NCBI GenBank assembly: GCA_028283985.1
Contig: JANQSQ010000584.1
Location: 1-27,578 of the forward strand
Source: Rhodothermales bacterium
GTDB taxonomy: Bacteria > Bacteroidota > Rhodothermia > Rhodothermales > VXPQ01
Length of the DNA stretch: 27,578 nt
Direction: 5' to 3'
The notes below the pieces were generated by a model. It was not told the origin of the DNA. It ran no database searches and saw only the letters and a list, made by a program, of their open reading frames with translations. Every line of letters begins with the position of its first letter. Within the stretch, counting starts at the first letter, position 1. The translations under genes and the position numbers were made by a program. This document shows, in pieces, positions 8,999 through 18,151 of this stretch.

Positions 8999-10543
8999 TT
9001 CGGTCAATCGCGCCGCAAGAGGCAGCACCGGATCGTTGATCTCGGTCATGCGCTCCACCAGGCGGGCGTCGAGGTACTCGATCGCGGCCCGGACCTCCGG
9101 CGTGTCTTCCGCAATCAGATTCACGCTTTCGGCGGGATCCTCCACCAGATTAAACAACTCGTCGCGGCGCGCATCGAGCAAGTCCCGGACCAGTTTCCAT
9201 TCAGGGGTTCGATACGCGCGCATGTGGGTCCAGGACTGGTGATGCGTGGAATACTCCGCATAAAACCCGGTAGGCCAGTCCTCGGGCGTATCGCCCCGTA
9301 GTAGCGGCACGAAACTGCGCCCCCGGAGCAGCACGCCGGCAGGCACATCGGCTCCGCCCATCTCGGCAAGCGTCGCGTACCAGTCGAGATTGCTTACGAT
9401 CGACTCCACGACGGTACCGGGCGCGGTGATCCCCGGCCAGCGGACGAGCAGCGGTACTTTCAGCGAATTGTCGTACATGTTCGGACGCTGCCCTTGCGGC
9501 ACATTGTACGTGCCCGGCGGCGGGTCGGTCAGGATCCAGTGCCCGTTTCCCTTATGCCACATCCCGTTATGGCCCATGTTGTACCCGTGATCGGACGTAA
9601 AGACGACAATGGTGCGGTTCGTAAGCCCGAGTTCGTCGAGCGCATCGAGAATGCGCCCCAGGTTACGATCGATGCTGGCCACCGCCGCAAGATACTCGGG
9701 CATATAGCGGCGCAGGCGCTCCGTATCGAGCAGGGGATAATCGGGATTGGGCAGAACGGGGTCGAGTCCCTCATACGGGGCCCAGTCCTCCTCAGGCAAG
9801 GGCAGCCAGGCGGCGTGGGGCGCCCGGTAGTGGAGCGACAGCATGAAAGGGCCTTCCCGATGTTCCCGAAGAAACCCGATGGCCTGATCCGTCAGGATGT
9901 CCTGGGTGAATCCTTCATGCGTTCCCGTCACGCCGTTTTCTTCGAGGACGGGATCGCGGGGAGTGTTGCCGCCGCTGCGAAATCCGAAGAAATGGTCATA
10001 CCCCATCGTGGCAGGGTGGTACCGATCCTGTGTTCCAAGGTGCCACTTGCCAACCAGTCCCGTTTCATAGCCTTCCTGGTTCAGCAAATCGACCCAGGTG
10101 AGAAGGCCCGGGTCCAGCCCGTGACCGACCTCTCGCTGAGGGTTGATCCAATCCCATATGTTCACTTCCGAGCCGTAGCGGCCTGTCATGAGTTCAGCCC
10201 GCGACGGACTGCATACAGGCGTCGCCACGAAGGCATTGCTGAAAAATGCTCCTTCGGCTGCGAGGCGGTTCATGTGGGGCGTGCGCAGGTCCGGGTGGCC
10301 CGCACCGAGCACGGCGAAGTTTTCGGGGGCATTTTCCAAAGCCTGCCCCATCTGCGCGGCAAGCGCATGGCCTTCCGCGCCCAGTGCCCACGGCGCCTGA
10401 TCATCCGTCAGAATGAAGAGAATATTGGGCCTCTCCGGCGGTTCGGAGACGCCTGTGTCCTGGGCGGCGGCCGGAAATGCCAGGAAAGCAGCGAAGAAGA
10501 TCGCCGGCGCCCGGAGGGTGCGGGAAAACAATAATTTCACCAT
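8996..10543 (-). CDS. Cys-type sulfatase (S1 family), secreted
   Basis: Signal peptide ending PAAA-Q, then PNILFILTDDQ, CSPSRAELMTGRY, GKWHLG, APHAAW and FTSDHG. Confidence 0.92.
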   Translation of the reverse strand: MVKLLFSRTLRAPAIFFAAFLAFPAAAQDTGVSEPPERPNILFILTDDQAPWALGAEGHALAAQMGQALENAPENFAVLGAGHPDLRTPHMNRLAAEGAFFSNAFVATPVCSPSRAELMTGRYGSEVNIWDWINPQREVGHGLDPGLLTWVDLLNQEGYETGLVGKWHLGTQDRYHPATMGYDHFFGFRSGGNTPRDPVLEENGVTGTHEGFTQDILTDQAIGFLREHREGPFMLSLHYRAPHAAWLPLPEEDWAPYEGLDPVLPNPDYPLLDTERLRRYMPEYLAAVASIDRNLGRILDALDELGLTNRTIVVFTSDHGYNMGHNGMWHKGNGHWILTDPPPGTYNVPQGQRPNMYDNSLKVPLLVRWPGITAPGTVVESIVSNLDWYATLAEMGGADVPAGVLLRGRSFVPLLRGDTPEDWPTGFYAEYSTHHQSWTHMRAYRTPEWKLVRDLLDARRDELFNLVEDPAESVNLIAEDTPEVRAAIEYLDARLVERMTEINDPVLPLAARLTE

Positions 10544-10569
10544 AGGAACCTCTGATTAAAGACGCATGG

Positions 10570-10682
10570 GCAAGGACATTGGGATACGCCTTCTCTCAAA
10601 ACATAAACGTGCGGTTGGCCGCGAGTTCGCAGGATATCCCGGGCCCTATGTTTTGTTCGAATGCGCGTCCCAAGGTCCCTGC
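10570..10682. repeat. imperfect 36-bp inverted repeat (41-bp loop), intergenic
   Basis: The left arm gcaaggacattgggatacgccttctctcaaaacata (10570-10605) matches the reverse complement of 10647-10682 at 28/36. Confidence 0.55.
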
Positions 10683-10785
10683 TTTCGGTTGCGATTTTGC
10701 GGTTCGGCGTTGGATGGCCTTGTTGCGCGCTCCAGGACCCAATCATTGCCTCTGAACTTTGTCGATTTAATCTGAGTTTCCTTAA

Positions 10786-13065
10786 CTAAAGACGGTACGT
10801 GTAGTTGAGTTTGAGCGAAGCGCCCCGCGACAATGTGGCCATATCGCGGTTTTCAAACAGGCCGTCGCCCATATTCCGCCAGTTGTGCCGGTACACGAGA
10901 AAAATGTTCGAACCCGGCTGTACGATCCAGCGCAGACGAGCAAAAAGGCCCACCAGGTCGCTGACTTCATCATACTGGATCTGCAATTTGGCGGAAACGG
11001 ACGGCGTCGGGTCCCAGTCGGTTTCGAGTTCATAAACATTGGCGGTGAAATCGCCCTGGGGCATCGACACATCGTTGTACCCGACGCTCGTCCCGATACT
11101 GACGCCGGCGTTCGGGCGAAACGTCATCCGGAGGAAGACCTCTCTGCTGGAACCGTCCCAGAAATCCCCCCAATCCACGCTCCCGAACACGGAAATCTTT
11201 CTCCTGCCCGCAGAGAACCCCCCGATAGAATACCGCTGCACCGTGTACCCGCCGGGCAGAATATCTATCCCGTCGCTGACCCCAAAGGTGTGGTAGAGTT
11301 CTTCAAAGCGCCGCGTAAACTCGATGGACACGTTATCGCCGCTTTCAAATTCAATGTCGAGCAGTTCCACTTCCCATTCCCGTTCCTCGGGAATGCCTGT
11401 ATCCATTGCCGCCAGATGCCGGTATTGTACGCCAAAGCCAAGCTGCCGTATCTGCTTGATTCTGGCCGGCCGGGGGTTCCAGTTTATGCGCGGCTCGACG
11501 CGACGGAAATTGTTGCGTCGCACAAAACCCGCCCGTGGATTGTAATCGGCGCCGAACTCCCGATAGGAAATGTGCCCGGACCAGATATCATTGGGAAAAT
11601 TGAAGCGGAGACCGCGTGCGGATAAATCATTCAACGATTTGGTCGTATTCGGATCGATGTTGGAATTGCCTACCGCAAAAACTTCGAGTTCCGCATTGTT
11701 ATCCCCGAAAAAGTGCCGGGTGGCGAGTTGCACATCCACGCCGAACGTGTGTCCGGTTTCGATCGAGTCTACCGAGGTGGCGCGGCGCGTATAGATGGCT
11801 CCGATCGTGGACTGTTCGAAAATGGGATGCCGGACACGGGCCACGGTAAACTGTTCGGAAGGAATCGCCACATCCTGCCCGTCTTCGTCACGGTACCGGT
11901 CATCGCCGACGCCTACCTGAAAGAACCCCACATCGGTCCGGCCGACCTGCCCCGTCATGCGGACTCCGTAGTCGATGGGAACAGGACGCCCGCCCACCAG
12001 ACCAATGTTGCGCGAGAAGAACGGAGTGGGATTGCTTCGCGGGGCGAAGGAAAAAATGCCGGAGCCTTCCAGAAAGAACCCGCGCTGCTCCGGGAAACGA
12101 AGCGGGAAACGTGTCAGGTTCACGCGTCGTTGATCCGCCTCGACCTCGGCAAAATCGGTGTTGAACGACAGGGATGCGCGCAGGCTTGGCGTAACGCTGT
12201 AGTTGAGATCCAAGCTGATATCGCCGGGATACGTCACGGGATCGGCGTTTTCGGGTACATTGCGCCAGCTCCCGATCACCGAAGGAACTCCCTCGAGCCC
12301 TATCCCCTGGGAAATATCCCGTAGTCCGACAAGACGACCGGCGTAGATGGGGCGCAGCAGTCCCTCGTTGCGGCGCCACCCCCGCCATAGCATTTCTTCG
12401 TTGGCGCGCCGGATCGTGCGCTGAAAGTTGATCCCCCATTCGTCCGACCCGGGATCGAAGTTCAGCGTCCGGAAAGGTATACTGACTTCCAGCGACCACC
12501 CGTCGGGCCGCCGGGCCGTGCGCACATCCCAGATGCCGTTCCACGCGCGGCCGCCGCTTCTGAAGAACGACTCGCTGCCTCCAATGAGGATCGCATCGCC
12601 CCGCATGCCGTTGGGATTCGTCTCGAAAAAATACCCGGTGCGCCCGTCGCGGAAGGTATCCAGTATCCACATGAACCGGTCATCGGTGTACAGGAAGGCG
12701 TCGCGCCGCTTCTGATAGGCAATGACGCCTTCGGGATCGTCGTACAGAATGGCGCCGATGTACAACCGATCCCGGTCGTAGACGACCCGTATTTCCGTGG
12801 GATATGAAGGACTGCCCCCTTCAACCGGTTCCTGCTGCGTGAAGTCGGTGATCGGAATGGCCTGATTCCAGGCGTCCTCTATGATCCGTCCGTCCAGGTC
12901 GATCCGGTCGTCGTCGGCAAGCCGATGCGCCTGCAAGGCAGGCAGCCCGTCATCCGGGGATTCCTGAGCAAACACTGGCGCCGGCAAGCCTGCAAGCACG
13001 CACCCGGCCAGCAACAAGGCAGAGCCGGGAAGGCGCTTCATTGCGGGATGCGGACGGCGCGCCAT
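10786..13065 (-). CDS. DUF5916-domain outer-membrane protein with N-terminal CBM9-like sugar-binding domain
   Basis: Signal peptide ...PVFA-Q, then IDLDGRIIEDAW...FTQQEP.EG...TEIRVVYD..LYIG (CBM9-like), NTDFAEVEAD...NLTRFPLRFPEQRGFFLEG (DUF5916), and C-terminal LKLNYTYRL. The start is ATG 13065 (GAGAGGAA upstream) or 13041. Confidence 0.85.
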   Translation of the reverse strand: MARRPHPAMKRLPGSALLLAGCVLAGLPAPVFAQESPDDGLPALQAHRLADDDRIDLDGRIIEDAWNQAIPITDFTQQEPVEGGSPSYPTEIRVVYDRDRLYIGAILYDDPEGVIAYQKRRDAFLYTDDRFMWILDTFRDGRTGYFFETNPNGMRGDAILIGGSESFFRSGGRAWNGIWDVRTARRPDGWSLEVSIPFRTLNFDPGSDEWGINFQRTIRRANEEMLWRGWRRNEGLLRPIYAGRLVGLRDISQGIGLEGVPSVIGSWRNVPENADPVTYPGDISLDLNYSVTPSLRASLSFNTDFAEVEADQRRVNLTRFPLRFPEQRGFFLEGSGIFSFAPRSNPTPFFSRNIGLVGGRPVPIDYGVRMTGQVGRTDVGFFQVGVGDDRYRDEDGQDVAIPSEQFTVARVRHPIFEQSTIGAIYTRRATSVDSIETGHTFGVDVQLATRHFFGDNNAELEVFAVGNSNIDPNTTKSLNDLSARGLRFNFPNDIWSGHISYREFGADYNPRAGFVRRNNFRRVEPRINWNPRPARIKQIRQLGFGVQYRHLAAMDTGIPEEREWEVELLDIEFESGDNVSIEFTRRFEELYHTFGVSDGIDILPGGYTVQRYSIGGFSAGRRKISVFGSVDWGDFWDGSSREVFLRMTFRPNAGVSIGTSVGYNDVSMPQGDFTANVYELETDWDPTPSVSAKLQIQYDEVSDLVGLFARLRWIVQPGSNIFLVYRHNWRNMGDGLFENRDMATLSRGASLKLNYTYRL

Positions 13066-13067
13066 CT

Positions 13068-13775
13068 CTATTCCTCTCTCAACCGCACCGGTACCTCTTC
13101 CCTGGCCAATCCATAGGCAACGCTTACAGCCCATGTCTGGAGTTCCTTGTACCGTTTGCGGACCCATGCCTGCAGGACGATATTGAGCGGCCACAGGATG
13201 AGACGCACTACAAGCGCCAGCATCGTGGAGACGACTGCAATGCCGAGTCCTACGAGGTCCGAGGCGGCATGCCGGTTGCCGCTCATAAAGAGTACGAAAA
13301 TACCGAGGAGCGTACCGAGAAGACCCAGACTGAGCGCAATATAGACCGCCGCCGTGATATACCTGTCGACCTCCTTGTAGTTGTCATGGTCGAAACCGAT
13401 GTAACGCAGCGCATAGTCGAGCATGCTTTGCGGCGTGCCGCCACGGCCCTGCTCCTCGAGCAGCCGCTCGCCTGCAAGTCGATAAGGGTTGCCCGGACGC
13501 GCGTCGCCGAGCGCCGACTGGAAATCGCGTACCCCGAGATTAGAAGGGTTAATTTTCAATAATGCCTGACTGCCTCGCCACTGACGGAAGTAGCGGACAT
13601 ACGCCGTACAAAGAAAGAAGAGGCCCAGTAAAAAGACGAGAGCGAGCGGAAACTCAAAGCCCTGCGCATAGCCGAACAAATCCCAGATCGAGGTAGGAAG
13701 AAAGCTGCCCCCTACCTCCTGCGCTGGCAGGACGAGTGTGGTATCGGCGGGCTGGGGCGAAACGGATTGCATCAT
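13068..13775 (-). CDS. MotA/TolQ/ExbB proton channel family protein
   Basis: Three TM segments, with SLGLLGTLLGI and GIAVVSTMLAL carrying the family's two conserved Thr. Confidence 0.85.
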   Translation of the reverse strand: MMQSVSPQPADTTLVLPAQEVGGSFLPTSIWDLFGYAQGFEFPLALVFLLGLFFLCTAYVRYFRQWRGSQALLKINPSNLGVRDFQSALGDARPGNPYRLAGERLLEEQGRGGTPQSMLDYALRYIGFDHDNYKEVDRYITAAVYIALSLGLLGTLLGIFVLFMSGNRHAASDLVGLGIAVVSTMLALVVRLILWPLNIVLQAWVRKRYKELQTWAVSVAYGLAREEVPVRLREE

Positions 13776-13862
13776 TGTGTCGGGGGTAAAGATGAATTTG
13801 AAAAAATGTTGTGCGTGGCGAAAGAGAACAAACGGTAGAAACTACGTACTGCGGCGTGCATC

Positions 13863-16448
13863 TCAAAAAGGCCTTACAAGTATATCCTGCACAGCGCCTT
13901 CTTGCACTTCGACATCCCGGGCAAAGGCCTGGAGGTTCTCCTGACCAAGCAGGTCCCTGAGTTCAAGGCGATACACGCCGGGCGGCAAAAGGACCGAGAA
14001 AGCACCCTCCTGAGATACTTCGGAGCTAAGAACCTCTTCATTTCCCTGGAAGAAAATGACGCTGGCCTGCGTGGGAGAACTCAGCGGCAACCCCTCGATG
14101 ACTCCCTGCACGATGGTGTTTCTGTGCACCGGAATGTCGACGCGCTTGGTCGATCCCGGGTCCGACATAAAACTGAACGTCGTACCCGTAGGCAATTGCA
14201 GCGCAGGATCGGGAACGGACGCCGGGTCGATAACGACCTGATACGCCGTACTGGGCGCCAGAAAATCTGCGCGCACGACACTTGCATCCACTCGCTGGAC
14301 ACGGGCTTTGACAACCTTGATGTCGAGTCCTTCCACCAAAGATTCTTCCGGGTCTCTACGACCATCCCGGTCCACATCGTAGTACGCTTGCAGTAGAGCG
14401 CTGCTGCGCATGTGGGCCTGCCGGCTGAAGCGCATAGGCCGCCCCAGTTCCATCGAGCCGTAGAAGCTCTGTCTGTGGTAGGGATTACCCGATTCTATCG
14501 ACGAATGGTTATTGACGCTTACCCACGGAGCATCCAGACGCAACGTAACGGAGGCCTGCATGTTGTCGTAGGCAAGATCGTAGCCGGCGCGCAGACCAAG
14601 AGACACCTTTTTGTAGTAGGCGTAGAATGTCGCCCCCGCAAAATCCGCTTGCTCCCGCACTCCTCCGTCAGCCTGCAAGCCCAAGCGTCCGCGCAACCTC
14701 TTGAAGGAAGCCGCTCGCGTCAGCGACGCCTTCCAGTGCATGCGAAGAGATTCCGAGGAAAGAACGCTTTGTGTGCGAACAAGCCCCACCGTAACGAGAG
14801 CACTCGTCCTGCGCGGCAGGGTCAGCGTCGTGGAACCGCTCACATTGACGTTGTCGCCGCCGCTGAACGTTCTGGCCTGTGCGGCATTGAGAAACAGGCT
14901 CATACGCCGAACACCGAAGCTGAGCTGCGTCTGAAGCCGCCTCTTGTAGAATGAAAGTCGCGACTCTTCGGAAAATTCGGCTTCCGCCTGCAAGCGCAGC
15001 CTGTTGAAAGACATACGCATAGAGACCCGCGCAGCGCTGCCGCCATCATTAATCGGCAACGCCAACTCAGCACCCGTGGTCAAAAAGCCCCAGAGGTTTT
15101 GAGTTAATCCGACTGTACTGACCATGAGCGAGTCTACCCCTATGAAGGTGGCTTTCGCAGAGAGACTCCGGTTGATTCCATAGCGGGCCTGCCCGAATCC
15201 AAAAAAGGTGTCGCCGAAACCGTCGCGGCCTATCCGGATGTCGTTGAAATCGTCAAGTCCTTCCCGGATGTTCTTAAAGTCGTCAACTCCTGCTCGGATA
15301 TCGTACCAGAAAGCGCCGGGGGGCAGCAGATCTTCCCCGATGAAGAGGTGACGCGTTATGGTGGTAGGGGGACCGCCTCCGGGAGGAGCAATCTCGAGCA
15401 GGGCCTGCGAGGAACCGTAATACGCAGGGATGCGCAGCGTGTAACGCCCTTGCGCGTCCGCCCGCACACGGTCGGCAAGCACCCCGCCCACCGAGGCAGC
15501 GATGATCGCGTCCGGTTCGGCAATTCCTCGCACCACCGCTTCGCGCTGAACGTACCGCGTCGAAAGAGGCATGTTACTCAGACGAATGCCGTCGTAGATC
15601 GTACGAACCGGCCATTCGTATATACTCATGCGCCCTATCTCTGCGCGTTTGAGCAAAGGAGAATCCGGAAAGTCGAGCAGGTAGTTCAGCGAACGAAACC
15701 GCGTCGTTGTCTGCCCCCCTACCATCGAAAGAGCGCCTTCGGCGGCAAGGCGCCCGCCCAACGCATTCGAATGCACCTGAAACCCTCCGTTATAACTGGG
15801 CGAACCGGCCTGGCGGTCACTGCGTGTCAGGCGGTAATTGACGTGCGTGTTGCCCAGAAATTTGCGGGAACGACCGTAGAGCAAAGGACCGTGTGCGTGA
15901 TTGCCGGAAGCAGCCGGCCTGGCGGTAAATGCACTTGCCAGCGGCGCCATGGCCGTGGAAAGCCTGATGTGCAGCGTCGAAGTATCGAACTGCATAGCAG
16001 CAGGCGTGAACATCGCCTGCACGCCCTCCAGCGCAAGATAATGGCGCCCTTCGCTTGCAAAAAAGTCTTCGGGGGCAAGCTCTACAGGTTCCGATGTGTC
16101 CTGTAGTACCCGGCCCGTTGCAAAATCGACCGTAAATATACGCCCTGCATCTCTTGCCTCGATCACCGAATCCTGCGCAGAAACATTGAAACCGAGCCGG
16201 TCGAAAAAGTCTGCGATATCCAGGTAGTACCTGCCTGCCTCAAAGTCCCACCAGGCCAGTACCGGCATCGAAGAATACAGCGCGCCCGGCGTGCTTACCG
16301 TCCAGGGCGTCTCCTGTAAAAAGCGAAGGGGTCTCTCCGGCTCCTCTGTCTCCTGCGCCCAAACGATGTCAGGCACACAGCAAACGACAAAAAGCATCAC
16401 CGGGATATAACGCCCGCAGCGCAACCGGATATGTCGTACAGACCACAT
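13863..16448 (-). CDS. fimbrial usher-like outer-membrane protein with C-terminal SdrD-B/carboxypeptidase-regulatory-like Ig domains
   Basis: Signal peptide ...IVWA-Q and N-terminal YYLDIADFFDRLGF. The plug-like segment VRGIAEPDAII...GGVL...RADAQGRYTLRIPAYYGSSQALLEI..PGG is flanked by amphipathic beta strands. The C-terminus has YYDVDRDGRRDPEE and LLPPGVYRLEL. The start is placed at ATG 16448 (GAGGG upstream). Confidence 0.6.
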   Translation of the reverse strand: MWSVRHIRLRCGRYIPVMLFVVCCVPDIVWAQETEEPERPLRFLQETPWTVSTPGALYSSMPVLAWWDFEAGRYYLDIADFFDRLGFNVSAQDSVIEARDAGRIFTVDFATGRVLQDTSEPVELAPEDFFASEGRHYLALEGVQAMFTPAAMQFDTSTLHIRLSTAMAPLASAFTARPAASGNHAHGPLLYGRSRKFLGNTHVNYRLTRSDRQAGSPSYNGGFQVHSNALGGRLAAEGALSMVGGQTTTRFRSLNYLLDFPDSPLLKRAEIGRMSIYEWPVRTIYDGIRLSNMPLSTRYVQREAVVRGIAEPDAIIAASVGGVLADRVRADAQGRYTLRIPAYYGSSQALLEIAPPGGGPPTTITRHLFIGEDLLPPGAFWYDIRAGVDDFKNIREGLDDFNDIRIGRDGFGDTFFGFGQARYGINRSLSAKATFIGVDSLMVSTVGLTQNLWGFLTTGAELALPINDGGSAARVSMRMSFNRLRLQAEAEFSEESRLSFYKRRLQTQLSFGVRRMSLFLNAAQARTFSGGDNVNVSGSTTLTLPRRTSALVTVGLVRTQSVLSSESLRMHWKASLTRAASFKRLRGRLGLQADGGVREQADFAGATFYAYYKKVSLGLRAGYDLAYDNMQASVTLRLDAPWVSVNNHSSIESGNPYHRQSFYGSMELGRPMRFSRQAHMRSSALLQAYYDVDRDGRRDPEESLVEGLDIKVVKARVQRVDASVVRADFLAPSTAYQVVIDPASVPDPALQLPTGTTFSFMSDPGSTKRVDIPVHRNTIVQGVIEGLPLSSPTQASVIFFQGNEEVLSSEVSQEGAFSVLLPPGVYRLELRDLLGQENLQAFARDVEVQEGAVQDILVRPF
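15231..15290 (-). repeat. 30-bp in-frame tandem duplication in the usher-like gene
   Basis: 15231-15260 vs 15261-15290 match at 23/30 and encode GVDDFKNIRE-GLDDFNDIRI. Confidence 0.7.
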
Positions 16449-16601
16449 GGGCGATCCCTCAGTTTCGTGCAAGCACACAGGACATGCACTCAGGCATAGC
16501 ACCGAAGCAACCTCCGGAACCCAGGTGCAAAATGCACGCCCGGGCCCCGAAAACGCACCGCCCCAATGTGCCGCATCCCAAATGCATATCAGGTTTTTTT
16601 A

Positions 16602-18140
16602 CTACTGCTCCGGCCTTTCTGTGCGCAGGGTTCTGTAACGATCCAGAAGAGCCCTTACTTTTTCGGTGTTTCCCGTGCGGCGATACAGGTTACCCATCAG
16701 GGTAAGGTAGGCAAGCTGATCCTCCCACTGCATCGTGTCGAATATCTTCTCGATTCGCGGCTCCAGCAACCGGGCCTGTTCCGGATTGTAGCGCGCGAGC
16801 CGCAACGCTTCGACAAAAGCCCTGCCGGTATACTGGCTCTCCACTTCGGTGACCTGCAGCAGATAGGTAAAGGCCAATGCGGAAGCTCCCTCGCGACGAT
16901 GTTCCAGAGCGCGTTCGAAGAGGGTCGTAGCATATGTCTGCCGAAGATCACCCACGAATTCGGGGTACGGCGTGTTATCCGTCCCGCCGCTATCCGCGAC
17001 CAGACCCCAAAGCACCTGCAGGGTATCCAGAGCGCCTTCCTGGTCGTCGTGCTCCCAGGACAGTAACGCATGATTGTAACTGGCCTCCACACGCGCGGAA
17101 GTTTGCGTCAGGCGGGGAATAAGCCAGGCCAGTCCCTGTCGCGCTCCGGGAGGATCGGTGGAAAACAGGGTTTGCAGGCTGTCATAGAGCAGCCGGTTCT
17201 CGAAGTTGTGGTGGTCCCACAGGACCCAGTCCATTTCGTTGCGGGCATAGTCTTCCTGCTCGGACGTGGTCGTATATTCCTGCGCCAGGGGCAAGGCATG
17301 GCGCACTCCCTCTCCATCCCGGCTTTCGACAAACGCGCGATACGAGCGGACATAATAGGTAAAAAGCGTAAGGCTGTCCGGCGGCGGCTGCTCCGTCTCC
17401 GGTACAAAAGCGAGGCGGGAATCGTCCAGAACCGCTTCCGAGGCTTGCAACCACGTGAGTGCGCTGGCAGGAAATTGATTCAGGTTTTCCAGAACGACAG
17501 CTACTTCCGCCCACAGCGCGTGATCGTCGGCGCGGAGAGCCAGTAATCCCCGCAATAATGCGAGCACTTCCTCCCACGCCTCGTCTTGTCTCAGCCATTG
17601 GGCCCGAACACTGTACACCTGAGCCAACTGGTGGCGGGCATCTTCATGCCTGGGATTCAGGGCCAGTGCGTTTTCGAACAACCTCTGAGACTCTGCAAGC
17701 AGCGTCCGGACGCGCAGGCTGTCCTGTTGCGCCTGAGCCTGGGCCGCTTCTACGAGCGCCAGCCGGGCCTCCGTATGAGCTTCCGTAAACGCCAATGTGT
17801 CCACCGGGGCAACGTCCGCAGAGTCTCCCGATGCATCCAGCGACGATAGAGGCGATTCCCCGTTCAATTGGTTCAGCGTGCTGTCTATGCGCTCGAACAA
17901 GGCGCGTCCTTCCAGGAAATTTTCCTCCGCCCGGGTTTCCGCCAGCACATGCACAAAGGCGCCGTGGAAAGAATTCAGCACATCCGCAATAACCAGGCTG
18001 TCCACGCCGGGAAGCGGCGGCGAAACCGGATCCATGGGAGCAGGCTCGCTTTCGGTGACAACCTCTTTCGAGGAGCCGCATCCCCATAAAAACGCGAGAC
18101 ACAGCGCACCCGCCAGCGGAAGTATTGCGAATCGATGCAT
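16602..18140 (-). CDS. TPR-like helical-repeat lipoprotein
   Basis: Lipobox LWG-C, a Pro-rich linker, and TPR-like segments (LFENALALNPRHEDARHQLAQVY; ALRADDHALWAEVAVVLENL; EASYNHALL). Confidence 0.75.
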   Translation of the reverse strand: MHRFAILPLAGALCLAFLWGCGSSKEVVTESEPAPMDPVSPPLPGVDSLVIADVLNSFHGAFVHVLAETRAEENFLEGRALFERIDSTLNQLNGESPLSSLDASGDSADVAPVDTLAFTEAHTEARLALVEAAQAQAQQDSLRVRTLLAESQRLFENALALNPRHEDARHQLAQVYSVRAQWLRQDEAWEEVLALLRGLLALRADDHALWAEVAVVLENLNQFPASALTWLQASEAVLDDSRLAFVPETEQPPPDSLTLFTYYVRSYRAFVESRDGEGVRHALPLAQEYTTTSEQEDYARNEMDWVLWDHHNFENRLLYDSLQTLFSTDPPGARQGLAWLIPRLTQTSARVEASYNHALLSWEHDDQEGALDTLQVLWGLVADSGGTDNTPYPEFVGDLRQTYATTLFERALEHRREGASALAFTYLLQVTEVESQYTGRAFVEALRLARYNPEQARLLEPRIEKIFDTMQWEDQLAYLTLMGNLYRRTGNTEKVRALLDRYRTLRTERPEQ

Positions 18141-18151
18141 AACGAAACTGC

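Noticed and set aside
2625-10534. Long antisense ORFs (2625-3584, 3749-4429, 5705-6511, 7456-8868, 9494-10534)
   Set aside because: They are shadow frames exactly opposite well-supported genes in high-GC DNA, are Arg/His-rich, and contain no recognisable motifs.
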